A DNA stretch of 64,000 bases from a bacterium (GTDB taxonomy: Bacteria; JAHJDO01): assembly GCA_043824255.1 (NCBI GenBank), contig JBDRTG010000043.1, positions 68,472 through 132,471 on the forward strand, read 5' to 3'. The notes beneath the pieces were generated by a model. The model ran no database searches. It saw only the letters and a list, made by a program, of their open reading frames with translations, and was not told the origin of the DNA. A program made the translations under genes and the position numbers. Below are positions 1-10,138 of the stretch, piece after piece; the first letter of the stretch is position 1; each line of letters opens with the position of its first letter.

Positions 1-856
1 CGCATTTGACGCACATATGGGAGCAGTCGGCGCAGGTATTGGTAAAGATATTCTTGTCAAAATAATAGGAACCTCATCATGTGATATAATGGTCTCACAT
101 AAGGGCCAGAGAATAGATGATATTCCGGGTGTGTGTGGGATTGTTGATGGGTCAGTGCTGCCAAATTGCCTGGGCATAGAAGCTGGCCAATCTGCTGTTG
201 GAGATATTCTGAACTGGTTTGTGACCAAGGTATGTGAAGAAAATTCAAAATACCATGATAAATTAACCAGACAAGGTTCTCGAGCGAAACCAGGACAAAC
301 CGGGCTTCTGGCACTTGACTGGAACAATGGCAATAGGACAATACTTATTGATGCAGAACTTACAGGACTACTTATAGGTCAGACTCTTCAAACCACACGA
401 TGGGAAACATACAGAGCTCTTATAGAGGCTACTGCTTTTGGTGCTCTAAAAATTATTGAGAGAATAGAAGAATATGGAGTCAGGATTTCAAAAGTAATTA
501 ACTGCGGAGGCATAGCGACAAAAAACCCAATGTTTATGCAGATATATGCGGATGTAATTGGGAAGCCGATGTTAATAGCAAAGTCTCAGGAGACCTGTGC
601 GCTTGGTGCTGCAATATTTGCTGCTGTTGTTGGAGGAGCCTATTCTGAAGTTAAAAATGCCCAAAAGAATATGTGTAGTACTAAAAAGAAAACGTACTAC
701 CCAAATAAGAGAAATCATTTAATCTATAAGCAGTTATATACACTTTATAAAAATTTGCATGATAGTTTTGGAACAAAAGAATACAAAGAGAATCTATATC
801 ATGTTATGAAAGAACTGTTACAAATTAAGAAAGGAGTTCTTCTTGAAAATGTTTAA
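1..856 (+). CDS. araB: L-ribulokinase, C-terminal part (gene starts before the window)
   Basis: Frame is open from the window edge (AFDAHMGAVGAG). FGGY kinase motifs IIGTSSCD, EAGQSAVGD, LALDWNNGNRT, EATAFG. Directly upstream of araD. Confidence 0.93.
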   Translation, partial: AFDAHMGAVGAGIGKDILVKIIGTSSCDIMVSHKGQRIDDIPGVCGIVDGSVLPNCLGIEAGQSAVGDILNWFVTKVCEENSKYHDKLTRQGSRAKPGQTGLLALDWNNGNRTILIDAELTGLLIGQTLQTTRWETYRALIEATAFGALKIIERIEEYGVRISKVINCGGIATKNPMFMQIYADVIGKPMLIAKSQETCALGAAIFAAVVGGAYSEVKNAQKNMCSTKKKTYYPNKRNHLIYKQLYTLYKNLHDSFGTKEYKENLYHVMKELLQIKKGVLLENV

Positions 857-1541
857 AGAACTAAAGAAACAGGTTTATCTCGCAAATATGGAGATTTATA
901 AGAGAGGGCTTGCTCTCTATACATGGGGAAATGTAAGCGCTATTGACAGAGAAAAACAAGTTATTGCTATAAAACCAAGTGGAGTAGCTTATGAAAACTT
1001 GAAACCAGAACATATGGTATTAATAGATATGAAAGGGAATATTATTGAAGGTAATTATAATCCTTCTTCTGATACAAAAACACATCTGATTCTATATGAC
1101 AAGTTCCAATCAATCGGTGCTGTTGTGCATAATCATTCCTGTTATTCAACAATCTTTGCACAAGCAATGAAAAACATACCTTGTCTTGGCACAACACATG
1201 CTGACCAGTTCTATGGTGAAATACCAGTTACTGATATAATTTCCGATGAACATATAAAAGAAGATTATGAGACTGAAACTGGCAATTTAATAGTTAAAAC
1301 ATTCTCTGAAAGGAAAATTAATCCTGTAGAAATATCAGCAGTTCTTGTAGCTTCACATGGCCCATTTATCTGGGGAAAGGACATAGACAGCGCTGTTAAG
1401 AATGCAGTAGCCCTGGAAGAGATTGCAAAAACTGCTCTTTTCACCAAGCTCCTTAATCCGAATATAACACCAATGAAACAAACACTTCTGGACAAACATT
1501 ATCTGAGAAAACATGGTAAAAATGCGTATTATGGACAATGA
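849..1541 (+). CDS. araD: L-ribulose-5-phosphate 4-epimerase
   Basis: TWGNVS, KPSGV, PSSDT, HNHS, GTTHAD and C-terminal LDKHYLRKHGKNAYYGQ. Start is ATG 849 or TTG 843. Confidence 0.96.
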   Translation: MFKELKKQVYLANMEIYKRGLALYTWGNVSAIDREKQVIAIKPSGVAYENLKPEHMVLIDMKGNIIEGNYNPSSDTKTHLILYDKFQSIGAVVHNHSCYSTIFAQAMKNIPCLGTTHADQFYGEIPVTDIISDEHIKEDYETETGNLIVKTFSERKINPVEISAVLVASHGPFIWGKDIDSAVKNAVALEEIAKTALFTKLLNPNITPMKQTLLDKHYLRKHGKNAYYGQ

Positions 1542-1563
1542 TAATGCAGCAATACTGCGAAGC

Positions 1564-2697
1564 TTAGCTGCCGAATTTGGATTTAAGCTTCTCCATGAAG
1601 CTCTTGCGTCTAGGAGTTAAATTCTCGCCGCTTATCTCAGCAAACTTTCTGAGAAGTTCTTCCTGCTCATTATTCAGTTTTACTGGTGTTTCTACTATGA
1701 CTCTAACGAGTTCATCTCCTTTACCATATCCGTGTAGACTTGGAACGCCCTGTCCGCGTAAGCGGAACACTTTCCCGGACTGTGTGCCATGGGGAATCTT
1801 CATCTTTGCTTTGCCTTTAAGAGTGGGAACCTCTATTTCTGCACCTAGCGTTGCCTGTGTTATGCTTACAGGAACTTCACACAGGATATCATCATCATGC
1901 CGAGTAAAAAGTTCATCATCCTCTACATGAATTACTACGTATAGATCTCCCGGGCTTCCACCTCTTGTACCAGCTTCTCCTTCTCCTTTGACCTTTAATT
2001 GGGAACCCGTATCAACTCCAGGGGGTATCTTAACAGTAAGTTCACGAGACTTATTTACTCTTCCAGTGCCTCTGCAGGTCTCGCATGGGTCCGTTATTAT
2101 CGTACCCTCTCCACCGCATCTATCACATGTCCTGTTTATACTAAAAAATCCCTGAGAATAACTTACCTGTCCGCTGCCTCCACATTGAAGACAGTTGATG
2201 CGTTTTGTTCCTTTTTTGGCGCCGGATCCATTACATACCTCACATGTTTGCGGTCTGGAGATACGTATCCTTCTATCTATACCAAATGCAGCTTCCTTTA
2301 GAGTAATCTGCAGGTCATATCTAAGATGTTCTCCTCTGTTATGTCCATCGCTTCTTCCTGCGCCTTGAGAGCCCCTGCCAAAAAATCCTTCAAATATATC
2401 CCCAAAATCACTGAATACATCACTGCTGAATATGTCTGAGGCGTTTCTGAATCCGCTAAAACCTCCTCCCTCTAACCCGCTGTGACCAAACTGATCATAG
2501 GTTGCTCTTTTTTGAGGATCACTCAGTACTGCATAAGCTTCAGATGCTTCTTTGAATTTTTCTTCAGACTCTTTATTCCCCTGATTCTTATCTGGATGAT
2601 ATTTATGTGCGAGTTTCCTATAAGCACGCTTTATCCCATCTATTGCCGCGTGTTTGTCAACACCAAGTATTTCATAATAGTCTCTTTTACCAGCCAC
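1564..2697 (-). CDS. dnaJ: Chaperone DnaJ
   Basis: J domain with HPD, G/F region, four CxxCxGxG repeats; follows dnaK. Confidence 0.98.
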   Translation of the reverse strand: MAGKRDYYEILGVDKHAAIDGIKRAYRKLAHKYHPDKNQGNKESEEKFKEASEAYAVLSDPQKRATYDQFGHSGLEGGGFSGFRNASDIFSSDVFSDFGDIFEGFFGRGSQGAGRSDGHNRGEHLRYDLQITLKEAAFGIDRRIRISRPQTCEVCNGSGAKKGTKRINCLQCGGSGQVSYSQGFFSINRTCDRCGGEGTIITDPCETCRGTGRVNKSRELTVKIPPGVDTGSQLKVKGEGEAGTRGGSPGDLYVVIHVEDDELFTRHDDDILCEVPVSITQATLGAEIEVPTLKGKAKMKIPHGTQSGKVFRLRGQGVPSLHGYGKGDELVRVIVETPVKLNNEQEELLRKFAEISGENLTPRRKSFMEKLKSKFGS

Positions 2698-2720
2698 TAC
2701 TTATCTCTCAAATTTTTAGT

Positions 2721-2804
2721 ATTAAGTTGTAAGAATTAAGAATTAAGTAAAAAAACATCCACTACAAACTTAATCCTTAGAGCGAAGCGTCTTAATCCTT
2801 AATC
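2721..2804. repeat. Oppositely oriented heptamer tandem repeats in the dnaK-dnaJ spacer
   Basis: TAAGAAT/TTAAG repeats at 2721-2747 face CTTAATC copies at 2769, 2791 and 2798. Confidence 0.6.
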
Positions 2805-4679
2805 CTGCTTTTTCTTTTCGTCATCCTCCACCTTATAGTCTGCATCTATTACATCTTCTTCTTTATCAGACTTTTTCTTTTCCTGCTTTGGTTCTGCCTG
2901 TGGTCCTGCCTGTGCCTGACCTCCTGCACCTGCTTGCTGCTCTTTTGCAGCTTGCTGATACATGACTTCAGCTAATTTATGAGCAGCCTGCTGCAGGCTT
3001 TCAGAAGTCTTTTTCATCTGCTCAATATCATTAGCCCCTAAAGCCTTTTTAGCTTCGTCCAGAGCAGATTGTATCTTGTCTTTCTCAGACGAATCTATCT
3101 TGTCTCCATGGTCCTTCAGAGATTTCTCTGTTGTATAAATCAGAGAATCCAATTGATTATGAACTTCAACTGCCTCTTTTTTCTTCTTATCCTCTTCTGC
3201 ATGGGATTCGGCATCCTTAACCATCTTTTCTACCTCTTCTTCACTCAAACCCCCAGAGGATTTTATTACAATTGACTGTTCCTTACTTGTAGCTAAATCC
3301 TTGGCAGACACATGTGTGATTCCGTTTGCATCAATATTAAAACTTACTTCTATTTGAGGCACTCCGCGTGGAGCGGAAGGGATGCCTACCAGATCAAACC
3401 TGCCAAGAGTTTTATTATACTGCGCCATTTCCCGCTCTCCCTGCAGCACATGTATGTTTACAGCAGGCTGATTATCCGCAGCAGTGCTGAATATCTGAGA
3501 TTTCTTTGTTGGAATGGTTGTATTTCTTTCTATAAGTCTTGTGCAAACTCCCCCCAATGTTTCGATCCCGAGAGAAAGAGGAGTAACATCAAGAAGCGTT
3601 ATATCTTTAACATCTCCTGAAAGCACACCGGCCTGTATAGCAGCTCCAACAGCAACAACCTCGTCCGGGTTAACGCCCTTATAAAGTTCTTTGCCAAAAA
3701 ACTTCTTTACGGCTTCCTGAACCTTTGGAGACCTTGTCTGCCCGCCAACCAATATTACATGATCAATATCCTTTGTTTCCATTTTTGCATCAGCCAGCGC
3801 TTGTTTACACGGACCAATCGTGCTGTCTACAAGCTCCTGTGTCAGTTTTTCCAACTGTGCACGCCTAAGTGTTATATCCAGATGCTTTGGTCCGCTTTGA
3901 TCCGCTGTTATGAATGGAAGGTTTATGTTTGCTGTCTGAGCAGTAGAAAGCTCTACTTTTGCCTTCTCAGCGCCTTCTCTCAATCTCTGCATCGCCATCT
4001 TATCATTACTCAAATCCATACCATTGGACTTTTTAAATTCGCTGACCAGCCAGTCAATAATCTTCTGGTCAAAGTCATCTCCTCCTAATTGCGTATTACC
4101 GTTAGTTGCCTTAACCTCAAAAACTCCATCTCCAATATCAAGTATGGATATATCAAATGTTCCGCCGCCGAGATCGTACACTGCAATAATCTGTTCCTTT
4201 TTTTTATCAAGCCCGTATGCCAGAGAAGCCGCAGTCGGCTCATTTACTATTCTAAGCACTTCAAGACCTGCAATCTTTCCAGCATCCTTGGTAGCCTGTC
4301 TCTGGCTGTCGTCAAAATATGCAGGAACAGTAATAACCGCTTTTTCAACTTTATCTCCCAGATAGCTTTCCGCATCCTGTTTGAATTTCTGAAGTATTGC
4401 GGCAGAGATTTCAGGAGGAGTATATTCCTTATCACCGGCCTTTACCTTTACCTTTTGTCCCATCTTTCTCTTTATTGAGCTTATTGTATTCTCCGGATTT
4501 GACACTGCCTGCCTTTTAGCAATCTGTCCAACTAATCTTTCTCCTGTTTTGGATATTGCTACAACAGACGGAGTAGTTCTGCTTCCTTCTGCATTAGCAA
4601 TAACAACGGGTTTTCCCCCTTCCATAACTGCCATGCAGGAATTAGTCGTTCCCAAATCAATACCTATCACTTTACCCAT
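2799..4679 (-). CDS. dnaK: Chaperone DnaK
   Basis: [30 protein letters not shown] Hsp70 signatures. Confidence 0.99.
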   Translation of the reverse strand: MGKVIGIDLGTTNSCMAVMEGGKPVVIANAEGSRTTPSVVAISKTGERLVGQIAKRQAVSNPENTISSIKRKMGQKVKVKAGDKEYTPPEISAAILQKFKQDAESYLGDKVEKAVITVPAYFDDSQRQATKDAGKIAGLEVLRIVNEPTAASLAYGLDKKKEQIIAVYDLGGGTFDISILDIGDGVFEVKATNGNTQLGGDDFDQKIIDWLVSEFKKSNGMDLSNDKMAMQRLREGAEKAKVELSTAQTANINLPFITADQSGPKHLDITLRRAQLEKLTQELVDSTIGPCKQALADAKMETKDIDHVILVGGQTRSPKVQEAVKKFFGKELYKGVNPDEVVAVGAAIQAGVLSGDVKDITLLDVTPLSLGIETLGGVCTRLIERNTTIPTKKSQIFSTAADNQPAVNIHVLQGEREMAQYNKTLGRFDLVGIPSAPRGVPQIEVSFNIDANGITHVSAKDLATSKEQSIVIKSSGGLSEEEVEKMVKDAESHAEEDKKKKEAVEVHNQLDSLIYTTEKSLKDHGDKIDSSEKDKIQSALDEAKKALGANDIEQMKKTSESLQQAAHKLAEVMYQQAAKEQQAGAGGQAQAGPQAEPKQEKKKSDKEEDVIDADYKVEDDEKKKQD

Positions 4680-4703
4680 TACCAGTCCTCCTTTTTTATT
4701 CCA

Positions 4704-5204
4704 TTATTTATTTTGTTTTTTTGACACCTTTACAAGAGACGGCCTTATAACCTTTCCATGCAGCTTGTAACCTGTACTAACTTCTTCAACTACCGTGTCT
4801 TCAGGATATTTATCAGTTTCTACCTGCATAACCGCTTCATGCTTATCAGGATTAAATTGAGTACCATGAGACCTGATTTCTTCCAGCCCATTTTGTCTCA
4901 AGATATCCTCAAATTGCTTTAGAACTAATTCAATACCCTTTTTGAGATCTTTGATATTACTTACCTTATCCGCTGAGTCTACTGCTCTTTTAAAATTATC
5001 AACAACAGGTAATATCTCATTGATTAATTTCTCATTTGCAAATTTAGCAAGAGATTCATATTCTCTTGCAGTTCTCTTCTTGAAATTATCAAACTCTGCA
5101 TGCAGTCTTAAAAGCTGATCATGCCTTTCATCGCATAAACCGGATTTTTCTTCCAGCTTCTTCAGCTCTTTTTCGGTATATTTTGTTTTTTCCCGTGTCT
5201 TCAT
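4704..5204 (-). CDS. grpE: Nucleotide exchange factor GrpE
   Basis: AEFDNFKKR, FNPDKHEAV, GYKLHGKVIRPSLVKV; operon position. Confidence 0.97.
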   Translation of the reverse strand: MKTREKTKYTEKELKKLEEKSGLCDERHDQLLRLHAEFDNFKKRTAREYESLAKFANEKLINEILPVVDNFKRAVDSADKVSNIKDLKKGIELVLKQFEDILRQNGLEEIRSHGTQFNPDKHEAVMQVETDKYPEDTVVEEVSTGYKLHGKVIRPSLVKVSKKQNK

Positions 5205-5218
5205 TTTTTTCTTCCTGC

Positions 5219-6271
5219 CTATTCAAGCAAGAGCTTTTTCATAATATCGCTAAGTTTACTCGCGGTATAATTTAATTTACTTATTACTCTTGAATATGCC
5301 ATCCTTCTTGGACCTATTATGCCTAATGATCCCATTGGAGATCCAAACAGGCCATACCTTATAGTAAGCAAACTACAATTTTCTATGTCGCTGTCCGCTG
5401 TTTCCCTGCCAATAAGAACTTTTATCCCGTTGCTGTCAATGGGCATATTAAGGATTTTAGATAAATATCTTGTATTCAACGCCCTGAACATAGCCTGTGC
5501 TTTATTAATATCACTAAATTCAGGATACTGCATAAGATATTCATAGCCGTCAATGAAAACCGTTTTTTCTTCCTCAAAAGAAAGAATTACATCCAGTATA
5601 TCCATCACACAGTCATATACTGTTTCATCAAGATGGGAATATTTCTCTTTAAAAATCTCTCTGAAATCTGAGCGTATGTGAATAAAGTCAAGCCCTTCCA
5701 GGTTCTCATTCAGAAATGCACATATTCTTTGCATATCAGCACCAGATACTTCATCCCTGAAACAAACTACCTTTTTTTTCATGTCTCCTGAACGCATAAT
5801 AATAATAATCATAATTCTGTGACCTTGAAGGGCTATGAGCTCCAAATGCTTGAATGTTCCGCTATCATGAAATCTTGGCAGTTCTGCAAATCCCATATAA
5901 CTGGTTGTAAAAGACAACAGCTTTATTGTCTCTTTAATTATTGACTCAATATCGTAATTAAGACTTGAATATGCATCGTCTATAAAGTTTTTTTCTTCAT
6001 CCGTAAGCAGTTCTGTCTTTATAAGAAAATTAACATAAAAGCGGTACCCTTTATCAGTAGGGACTCTGCCTGCAGAAGTGTGAGGCTGTATCAAATACCC
6101 TTGCTCCTCCAACTTCACCAGAATATTCCTGACAGTAGCTGATGATACATTTAATTTACAATTCCTAACCAGTTTTTGTGAAGCAATAGGCTCTCCGGTA
6201 TTAATATATGAATAAATTGCTGCCCTTAAGATATTTGCTTCTCTGTTGCCATCTACTGCTTTTCCAATCAT
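5219..6271 (-). CDS. hrcA: Heat-inducible transcription repressor HrcA
   Basis: SSATVRN, QPHTSAGRVPTDKGYRFYV, GIIGPRRMAY; CIRCE upstream. Confidence 0.97.
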   Translation of the reverse strand: MIGKAVDGNREANILRAAIYSYINTGEPIASQKLVRNCKLNVSSATVRNILVKLEEQGYLIQPHTSAGRVPTDKGYRFYVNFLIKTELLTDEEKNFIDDAYSSLNYDIESIIKETIKLLSFTTSYMGFAELPRFHDSGTFKHLELIALQGHRIMIIIIMRSGDMKKKVVCFRDEVSGADMQRICAFLNENLEGLDFIHIRSDFREIFKEKYSHLDETVYDCVMDILDVILSFEEEKTVFIDGYEYLMQYPEFSDINKAQAMFRALNTRYLSKILNMPIDSNGIKVLIGRETADSDIENCSLLTIRYGLFGSPMGSLGIIGPRRMAYSRVISKLNYTASKLSDIMKKLLLE

Positions 6272-6284
6272 TCCTGCTCCTTTT

Positions 6285-6311
6285 TTAGCACTCTAAAGCG
6301 GAGAGTGCTAA
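6285..6311. promoter_or_regulatory. CIRCE operator (HrcA site)
   Basis: Perfect TTAGCACTC-N9-GAGTGCTAA just upstream of the hrcA RBS. Confidence 0.98.
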
Positions 6312-6321
6312 ACTTAAGCAT

Positions 6322-6350
6322 AAAATAGCAATTGAAGTGACTTTTGTCAA
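6322..6350 (-). promoter_or_regulatory. Sigma70-type promoter of the hrcA operon
   Basis: Minus strand TTGACA-17 bp-TATTTT with extended TG, immediately before CIRCE. Confidence 0.8.
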
Positions 6351-6375
6351 GTTGAAAAAATCACCTTGATGACTG

Positions 6376-7475
6376 CGTATATTCAGCCCAATCTCCTATT
6401 CAATCGGGGAATTCGGGTGGTTGAGAAACTATATCAATAGATTCAATATTACCTTAATCATTGTCTCCTTTTCAGATGCTTTAGTTGCTGCAATCATAAG
6501 TGTTAAGGCTACAAGCGTATTATCATCAATCCGTTTATCTCCATTTTTACGGACTAAAAGCCCATTGCCTTGCAAGAAGCAAATAAAAAGCGCTGCTGCA
6601 ATGCGTTTATTTCCATCCACAAAACTGTGGTTCTTAGTAACAAAATATAATAAATGAGCTGCTTTATTCTCAACTGTTGGATAAAGATCTGCGCCGTCAA
6701 ATGTTTGGTAAATCGTTCCTATTGAACTTTTGAAACTTTTATCTTTTTCCTGTCCAACAAGTACGGAATCTTTAAATTTTCGCTTCATAGCTTCAATGAT
6801 TTTTCTAGCTTCTTCGTAAGTGAGCTTAAATTTTGACTGTCTTGTTCCTTTTGGCACAGAAAGCCGCTCATGATCAAAATCATCCAGGATATCAAGCGCA
6901 TGTGAGTATTCGGTTATCACCTGAATAAGTCCTTTTGTCTCACCAGAAACTGCTTCAACCTGAATAACGTTGCCTAAAAGTCTTAACGATTTCTGTAATT
7001 CCTGATATTTATGCTGGGCAGACTTTAACCGTTTCTCATTGATTGTATATCCGTTAACCAAATGCTGCTTAAGCACATTTGTTGCCCAGATTCTAAATTG
7101 TGTGCCTCTCTTGGAGTTAACCCGGTATCCTACGGAAATAATAATGTCAAGATTATAAAACTCTATATCCCTTTCTACTTGTCTTCCACCTTCGGTTTGA
7201 ACCATTCGGAATTTCCGAATAGTTGAATTTTTATCCAGTTCTTTCTCTTTGTAAATATTTTTAATATGTTCATTTATCGTTGGAATTCCCTTTTCAAAAA
7301 GAATAGCCATCTGCTTTTGTGTAAGCCAGACAGTTTCTTTTTCAAGCCTGACTTCGACTTTATTCCTATATACTATGACCTGCCCTTTAGACAAATCCTT
7401 AACGCTCATCTTATTCATAACACCGTATTATAACACTCTTTAAAGAAAATTTGAAACTCGTATCTTCAGCCCAAT
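6376..7475. repeat. 17-bp imperfect direct repeats (6376-6392, 7459-7475) flanking the RhuM/Fic gene
   Basis: CGTATATTCAGCCCAAT vs CGTATCTTCAGCCCAAT, 16/17 identical. Confidence 0.65.
6429..7418 (-). CDS. RhuM-family N-terminal domain plus Fic/Doc domain protein
   Basis: ETVWLTQKQMA, YNLDIIISVGYRVNSKRGTQFRIWAT (RhuM) and HSFVDGNKRIA (Fic motif). Confidence 0.9.
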   Translation of the reverse strand: MNKMSVKDLSKGQVIVYRNKVEVRLEKETVWLTQKQMAILFEKGIPTINEHIKNIYKEKELDKNSTIRKFRMVQTEGGRQVERDIEFYNLDIIISVGYRVNSKRGTQFRIWATNVLKQHLVNGYTINEKRLKSAQHKYQELQKSLRLLGNVIQVEAVSGETKGLIQVITEYSHALDILDDFDHERLSVPKGTRQSKFKLTYEEARKIIEAMKRKFKDSVLVGQEKDKSFKSSIGTIYQTFDGADLYPTVENKAAHLLYFVTKNHSFVDGNKRIAAALFICFLQGNGLLVRKNGDKRIDDNTLVALTLMIAATKASEKETMIKVILNLLI

Positions 7476-7486
7476 TCCACTTTTCT

Positions 7487-7621
7487 GTCATTGCGAACGG
7501 AGTGAAGCAATCTCGTTTGTCATTCCGCCGTTCGTATTCTTTGGCTTTTGCTTGCTTTACCCCGACAGCTGAAGCTATCGGATGCCCTCTCCATCGCAAC
7601 CGCCTGCTTTAGCTGGCGGTT
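7487..7621. repeat. REP-like palindrome plus two IS200/IS605-end-like hairpins
   Basis: GTCATTGCGAACGGAGTGAAGCAATCTC (7487-7514); CCGACAGC-TGAA-GCTATCGG (7562-7581); AACCGCCTGC-TTTA-GCTGGCGGTT (7598-7621). Confidence 0.6.
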
Positions 7622-7783
7622 ATCTGTAGATTTGGTGAGAGCAAGAATTTTGTCAACGAGATCAACAAATGTTGTTGAGGGGTTTGGGGAAAGGGTGATG
7701 AGTCAGATTTTGCCTCGTTTGTAGATTGCCATTATTAGTTATCAGAATTTGTGATAAGTTACTTCCACAACATAAACTTTGTG

Positions 7784-8407
7784 TTACCCCTTGTTGCGAT
7801 GTTGCAACCATTTCGGCCAGAAGTGCCATACCTCGTTCAATTTATCCAACTCTTCCCTCTTTGATATAAACTTATCTTTAACCCTTTTTATGACTTTCGG
7901 CCTCATGAAAGATACTTTTCCAACCTCCGAGTAAATATGACGAGGTGTTTTTAGGAAATGTTGCTCGTCCCATTCAGTTTTCCGGCGGGTATAGTCTACG
8001 ATGAATTCACTGAAAGCGCCTATATCATCAATATCAACTAGCGAATAATTCCGTTCCAAAATTTCTATAATTTTGTCGTTGTTATTTTCAACCTGCTCGA
8101 TATAAGCATTGGCAAGATTTAGAGTACGGGTTGATTCTTCGTTTAAAACTTTACGGGTTTCCTCATCATTGCTCCACTTTGGATCTCCATACACTTTGCG
8201 GTATGCCTGATGAAATTTGTCATTTATCTTAAATAGTCTCTTGTTTTGGGAAACAAAAAAATAGAGAGGTCCATAAAGATGCTGAAGTTGATCTCGCAGA
8301 TTAGCGACTCTTCGTTCTACACATTTAGACTTCCAGTGTATTATTGCGACAATAATACCGGCAACCGCACCACCCCCAATAAAACTCTGAAATATGTCAG
8401 TCCACAT
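7784..8407 (-). CDS. Hypothetical protein with N-terminal membrane anchor
   Basis: 207-aa ORF, hydrophobic N-terminus then helical soluble domain; GGGAG RBS upstream. Confidence 0.7.
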   Translation of the reverse strand: MWTDIFQSFIGGGAVAGIIVAIIHWKSKCVERRVANLRDQLQHLYGPLYFFVSQNKRLFKINDKFHQAYRKVYGDPKWSNDEETRKVLNEESTRTLNLANAYIEQVENNNDKIIEILERNYSLVDIDDIGAFSEFIVDYTRRKTEWDEQHFLKTPRHIYSEVGKVSFMRPKVIKRVKDKFISKREELDKLNEVWHFWPKWLQHRNKG

Positions 8408-8419
8408 ACTTATTACTCC

Positions 8420-8500
8420 CTATTCCCCTTTTCCGCTCCCAAACCCATTCCACAATCCCCTCCTATTCTCTCTTGCTTCTTTTTCGTATTTTCTAAACTG
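8420..8500 (-). pseudogene. C-terminal fragment of a thermonuclease (SNase)-family gene
   Basis: Reads QFRKYEKEARENRRGLWNGFGSGKGE*, matching the EAR..RRGLW SNase tail. The rest of the gene is missing. Confidence 0.6.
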
Positions 8501-8503
8501 TTT

Positions 8504-8926
8504 TTACCATCTATATCTAGCTTTAAAACCCATTGACTTGTGTCTATGCCCGATTAATTTTAGCATTGGGCCAATGCTCGTCGCTCCATACTTATTTTGA
8601 AGTGTGGTTCTAACTACAATAGCAGATACATACCACCTTTTCTTACGCTTGCTAGTGCGTTGTATATAGTTCAATCCCGCTGTTTTAAATTCAGCATAAA
8701 TACTATTTCCGTGCTCGTCCCACAAGGTTGCACAGTAAGTTCCTTTATCTACTTGAGATATATCTGTTGCGTAATTAAATTCAATTCTTATTATTTTGTT
8801 TTCATAGTCTGCCCAACTTAATTTAAGTTGCGAGATACTCATTCTTGTTTCTCCAGCTCTCACAGATGTCTCCGTTCCACAAAATAAAATCAAAAAGCAA
8901 ACAATTAATAATATTTTAGTTCTCAT
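8504..8926 (-). CDS. Secreted hypothetical protein (possible OB fold)
   Basis: Signal peptide MRTKILLIVCFLILFC; start 8926 follows an AAGGGGTGG RBS. Confidence 0.65.
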   Translation of the reverse strand: MRTKILLIVCFLILFCGTETSVRAGETRMSISQLKLSWADYENKIIRIEFNYATDISQVDKGTYCATLWDEHGNSIYAEFKTAGLNYIQRTSKRKKRWYVSAIVVRTTLQNKYGATSIGPMLKLIGHRHKSMGFKARYRW

Positions 8927-8951
8927 TTTGCACCACCCCTTTTTCATATAT

Positions 8952-9332
8952 CTATTGCGGAGGCTTACATCTTTTACAAGGTCTATATAGCTTTCGTGCT
9001 TCGCTTAACTTCATTGGAATTTTGGATTTTCTGAGATAACTACAACTGTCTCTATGATAACATTTGCCTGTTCGTGTAACATAAACTATAGGATCATTTC
9101 TATTTGCGTCAGATGATACTCTAGTTGCTGATGAAGGAACATAATCTGATGATAGACTTTCCGCTTTACCTGAGTTATAGGTATTTACAATAGTCCCTTC
9201 TACTGTTACATATTTGCCGTATAGTTCTCCTGAATGAAGTTTAGAATCATCCCACTGATAGACTCTGTCCTGTGCATAGCAGAGTGTTGTAAATAGAGTA
9301 ATGATTAGGATTAGATATATTAGCTTTTTCAT
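8952..9332 (-). CDS. Secreted protein with C-terminal Ada-like metal-binding domain
   Basis: Signal peptide; VYVTRTGKCYHRDSC...YRPCKRCKP; GAGG RBS. Confidence 0.75.
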   Translation of the reverse strand: MKKLIYLILIITLFTTLCYAQDRVYQWDDSKLHSGELYGKYVTVEGTIVNTYNSGKAESLSSDYVPSSATRVSSDANRNDPIVYVTRTGKCYHRDSCSYLRKSKIPMKLSEARKLYRPCKRCKPPQ

Positions 9333-9340
9333 AACGCCTC

Positions 9341-9784
9341 TTATCTATTTATTAAAAGTTGATTATTTGCAAATATAGAATCGACAACTTGTTGCACCTT
9401 TTTATTTGGATTAGGCCAACTATGTAGCCAGCGGTTATGGAATGCTCCGACTGCCAATAATTCATTAGTTTTATTATCATATATCATTACATCTAGTGCT
9501 TGAAAGTATATCGTTAAATCCCACTTCCACATGTCAACATAAGTAACGTAGACATCCACACTATCCGGCTTTTCGCCCAAAGGCCCATAACTCGTTCTTA
9601 TTCCTCTTCTAGATATAGCTTTTTGAATATAAAGTCCTATGTTTCTCGTTGATTTATCATTCTTTACTACATAAGCCGTTTTGATGCTCTGTATTTTGTC
9701 GTAGTTATATGCTTGAGGTATTCTAACTACTGAACAGCCACTAAGAAGTGATAGAGCTAGTAATATGGTTATTGGTTTTGTCAT
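9341..9784 (-). CDS. Lipoprotein of unknown function
   Basis: MTKPITILLALSLLSG-C lipobox; ATG 9784 overlaps the upstream TGA (ATGA coupling). Confidence 0.75.
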   Translation of the reverse strand: MTKPITILLALSLLSGCSVVRIPQAYNYDKIQSIKTAYVVKNDKSTRNIGLYIQKAISRRGIRTSYGPLGEKPDSVDVYVTYVDMWKWDLTIYFQALDVMIYDNKTNELLAVGAFHNRWLHSWPNPNKKVQQVVDSIFANNQLLINR

Positions 9785-10131
9785 TTTGATTTTCTTAATC
9801 TGTTTATAATAGCTCTTATTCCATAGAAGATGCCAGATATAATTCCTATTAATATAATAAAAGTAACATATCCCAATCCTCTTGATAATGCCCCCTTCAT
9901 TCGACCTGGTGCTATAATCCAGACCCACAAAAATAAAAACAATAACGAAATAATACCTATAATTTTTAATATAATTTTGGTCTTTTTTACCTTTGCTCTT
10001 TGTTTATCATATTGGATCTTTTCTTCTGCCACTTTTTTAGTTCTTCCACATATAGAACAAAAGTATTCGTCATGAGAGAATTCATATTCAACCATTTTTT
10101 GACATGTGGGACAATAATTTTTCGAATCCAT
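9781..10131 (-). CDS. Zinc-ribbon membrane protein
   Basis: CPTC...CSIC at the N-terminus, two hydrophobic helices. Confidence 0.7.
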   Translation of the reverse strand: MDSKNYCPTCQKMVEYEFSHDEYFCSICGRTKKVAEEKIQYDKQRAKVKKTKIILKIIGIISLLFLFLWVWIIAPGRMKGALSRGLGYVTFIILIGIISGIFYGIRAIINRLRKSK

Positions 10132-10138
10132 TTTTGTT

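Noticed and set aside
7411..7599. 62-aa ORF on the minus strand
   Set aside because: It is the translation of palindromic repeats (RDCFTPFAMT comes from the REP-like unit), so it is probably spurious.
9785..9928. N-terminal extension in the ORF track here (likewise 24581, 28383, 51030)
   Set aside because: Downstream ATGs have RBS or translational coupling and give proper family or signal-peptide N-termini.
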